From Acanthaster planci (lineage: Eukaryota): a stretch of 64,000 bases of DNA. Below the pieces are notes generated by a model. That model was not told the DNA's origin and ran no database searches. It saw nothing but the letters and a program-made list of their open reading frames with translations. Positions within the stretch are counted from its first letter, which is position 1, and each line of letters opens with the position of its first letter. The DNA lies in assembly GCF_001949145.1 (NCBI RefSeq), contig NW_019091362.1, positions 2,840,204 through 2,904,203 of the forward strand, given 5' to 3'. The translations under genes were made by a program, and so were the position numbers. Positions 63,301 through 64,000 of the stretch are shown here, piece after piece.

Positions 63301-64000
63301 TATTTCAACCTGAATATGACAGCTGCACTCATCCACACTGTACGGTAAACAATTTCACAGTCTAACAAGCTATCATATATTATTTTGATGTTTTGCAAAA
63401 TCCAAGGGAGTGAAAAAGTTGATCAGGGTTCATGCTCCTAAAGGCCAATTAATTTCCATGACTTTTCCACAATGTTTGCACAACCAAATTATGAAAATCC
63501 ATGACCTAATAACGCAATTTCTTGGAGTATTTTATGCATTATTTTATACATCTATTTCTGATGACAGAAATCAGACCCAGTGTTTGAAAAATTTCATGAC
63601 TTTTCCAGACCGCAGCAAGCCTGTTAATGATTTTGAGGCCCTTATGTCTATTTACACCAATAATAATTTTTAGAAAGAGTTCAATTTAAAAACTTCACTG
63701 GTGTGTAACTTGGCAATAAGTTTTAACGTTTTGAGATCTTGTCATGAGCAAATCAACAATTCAATCAAATCACCAAATCACCTGTCAATATCTTCCCTGA
63801 TAACCTCCCTCACATCAACCTTAAAGACACTTGGCAAAAAGAACAAACAGGCACACTTTCCAATTACCAATTTTTGTGATAGATGCGACCCATTCATCCC
63901 TCTTTTCAAAACTCAGATCCTGAGTGAACCTCGCTGGGCATCAACTTCAAACAAAAGATCATCTGACATATCCAGATAACCTATGGAGACACTAATTTTT

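Noticed and set aside
632..63979. The bulk of the six-frame ORF track read as standalone genes
   Set aside because: Short, overlapping on both strands, often GTG/TTG starts, rich in homopolymer-derived residues and without recognisable domains, as expected for intronic DNA.

Overview
Eukaryotic, roughly 40% GC, mostly intronic DNA. It has dispersed TACATGTA palindromes, many poly-A and poly-G runs, and local CpG-rich patches in a CpG-poor background; this texture suggests a marine invertebrate such as an echinoderm (inference only). Nearly all ORF-track entries look spurious. The best-supported model is the 5' half of one large minus-strand gene whose shared coding exons lie beyond position 1. 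The model includes a 62-codon first coding exon (57321-57135), a clean 51-nt phase 1-1 internal exon (29787-29737) and several short ATG-led exons (51446-51365, 23150-23114, 14516-14483, 6039-6003, weaker 18367-18322). All end in a phase-1 GT donor and could supply interchangeable N-termini. I cannot identify the gene from these peptides. The window also holds several short MITE-like elements, microsatellites, nuclear-receptor, RFX and octamer motifs, candidate microexons and UTR exons, and a possible antisense spliced unit. I found no rRNA, tRNA, CRISPR array, transposase or recognisable protein domain, and I cannot support a claim of a new biological system.
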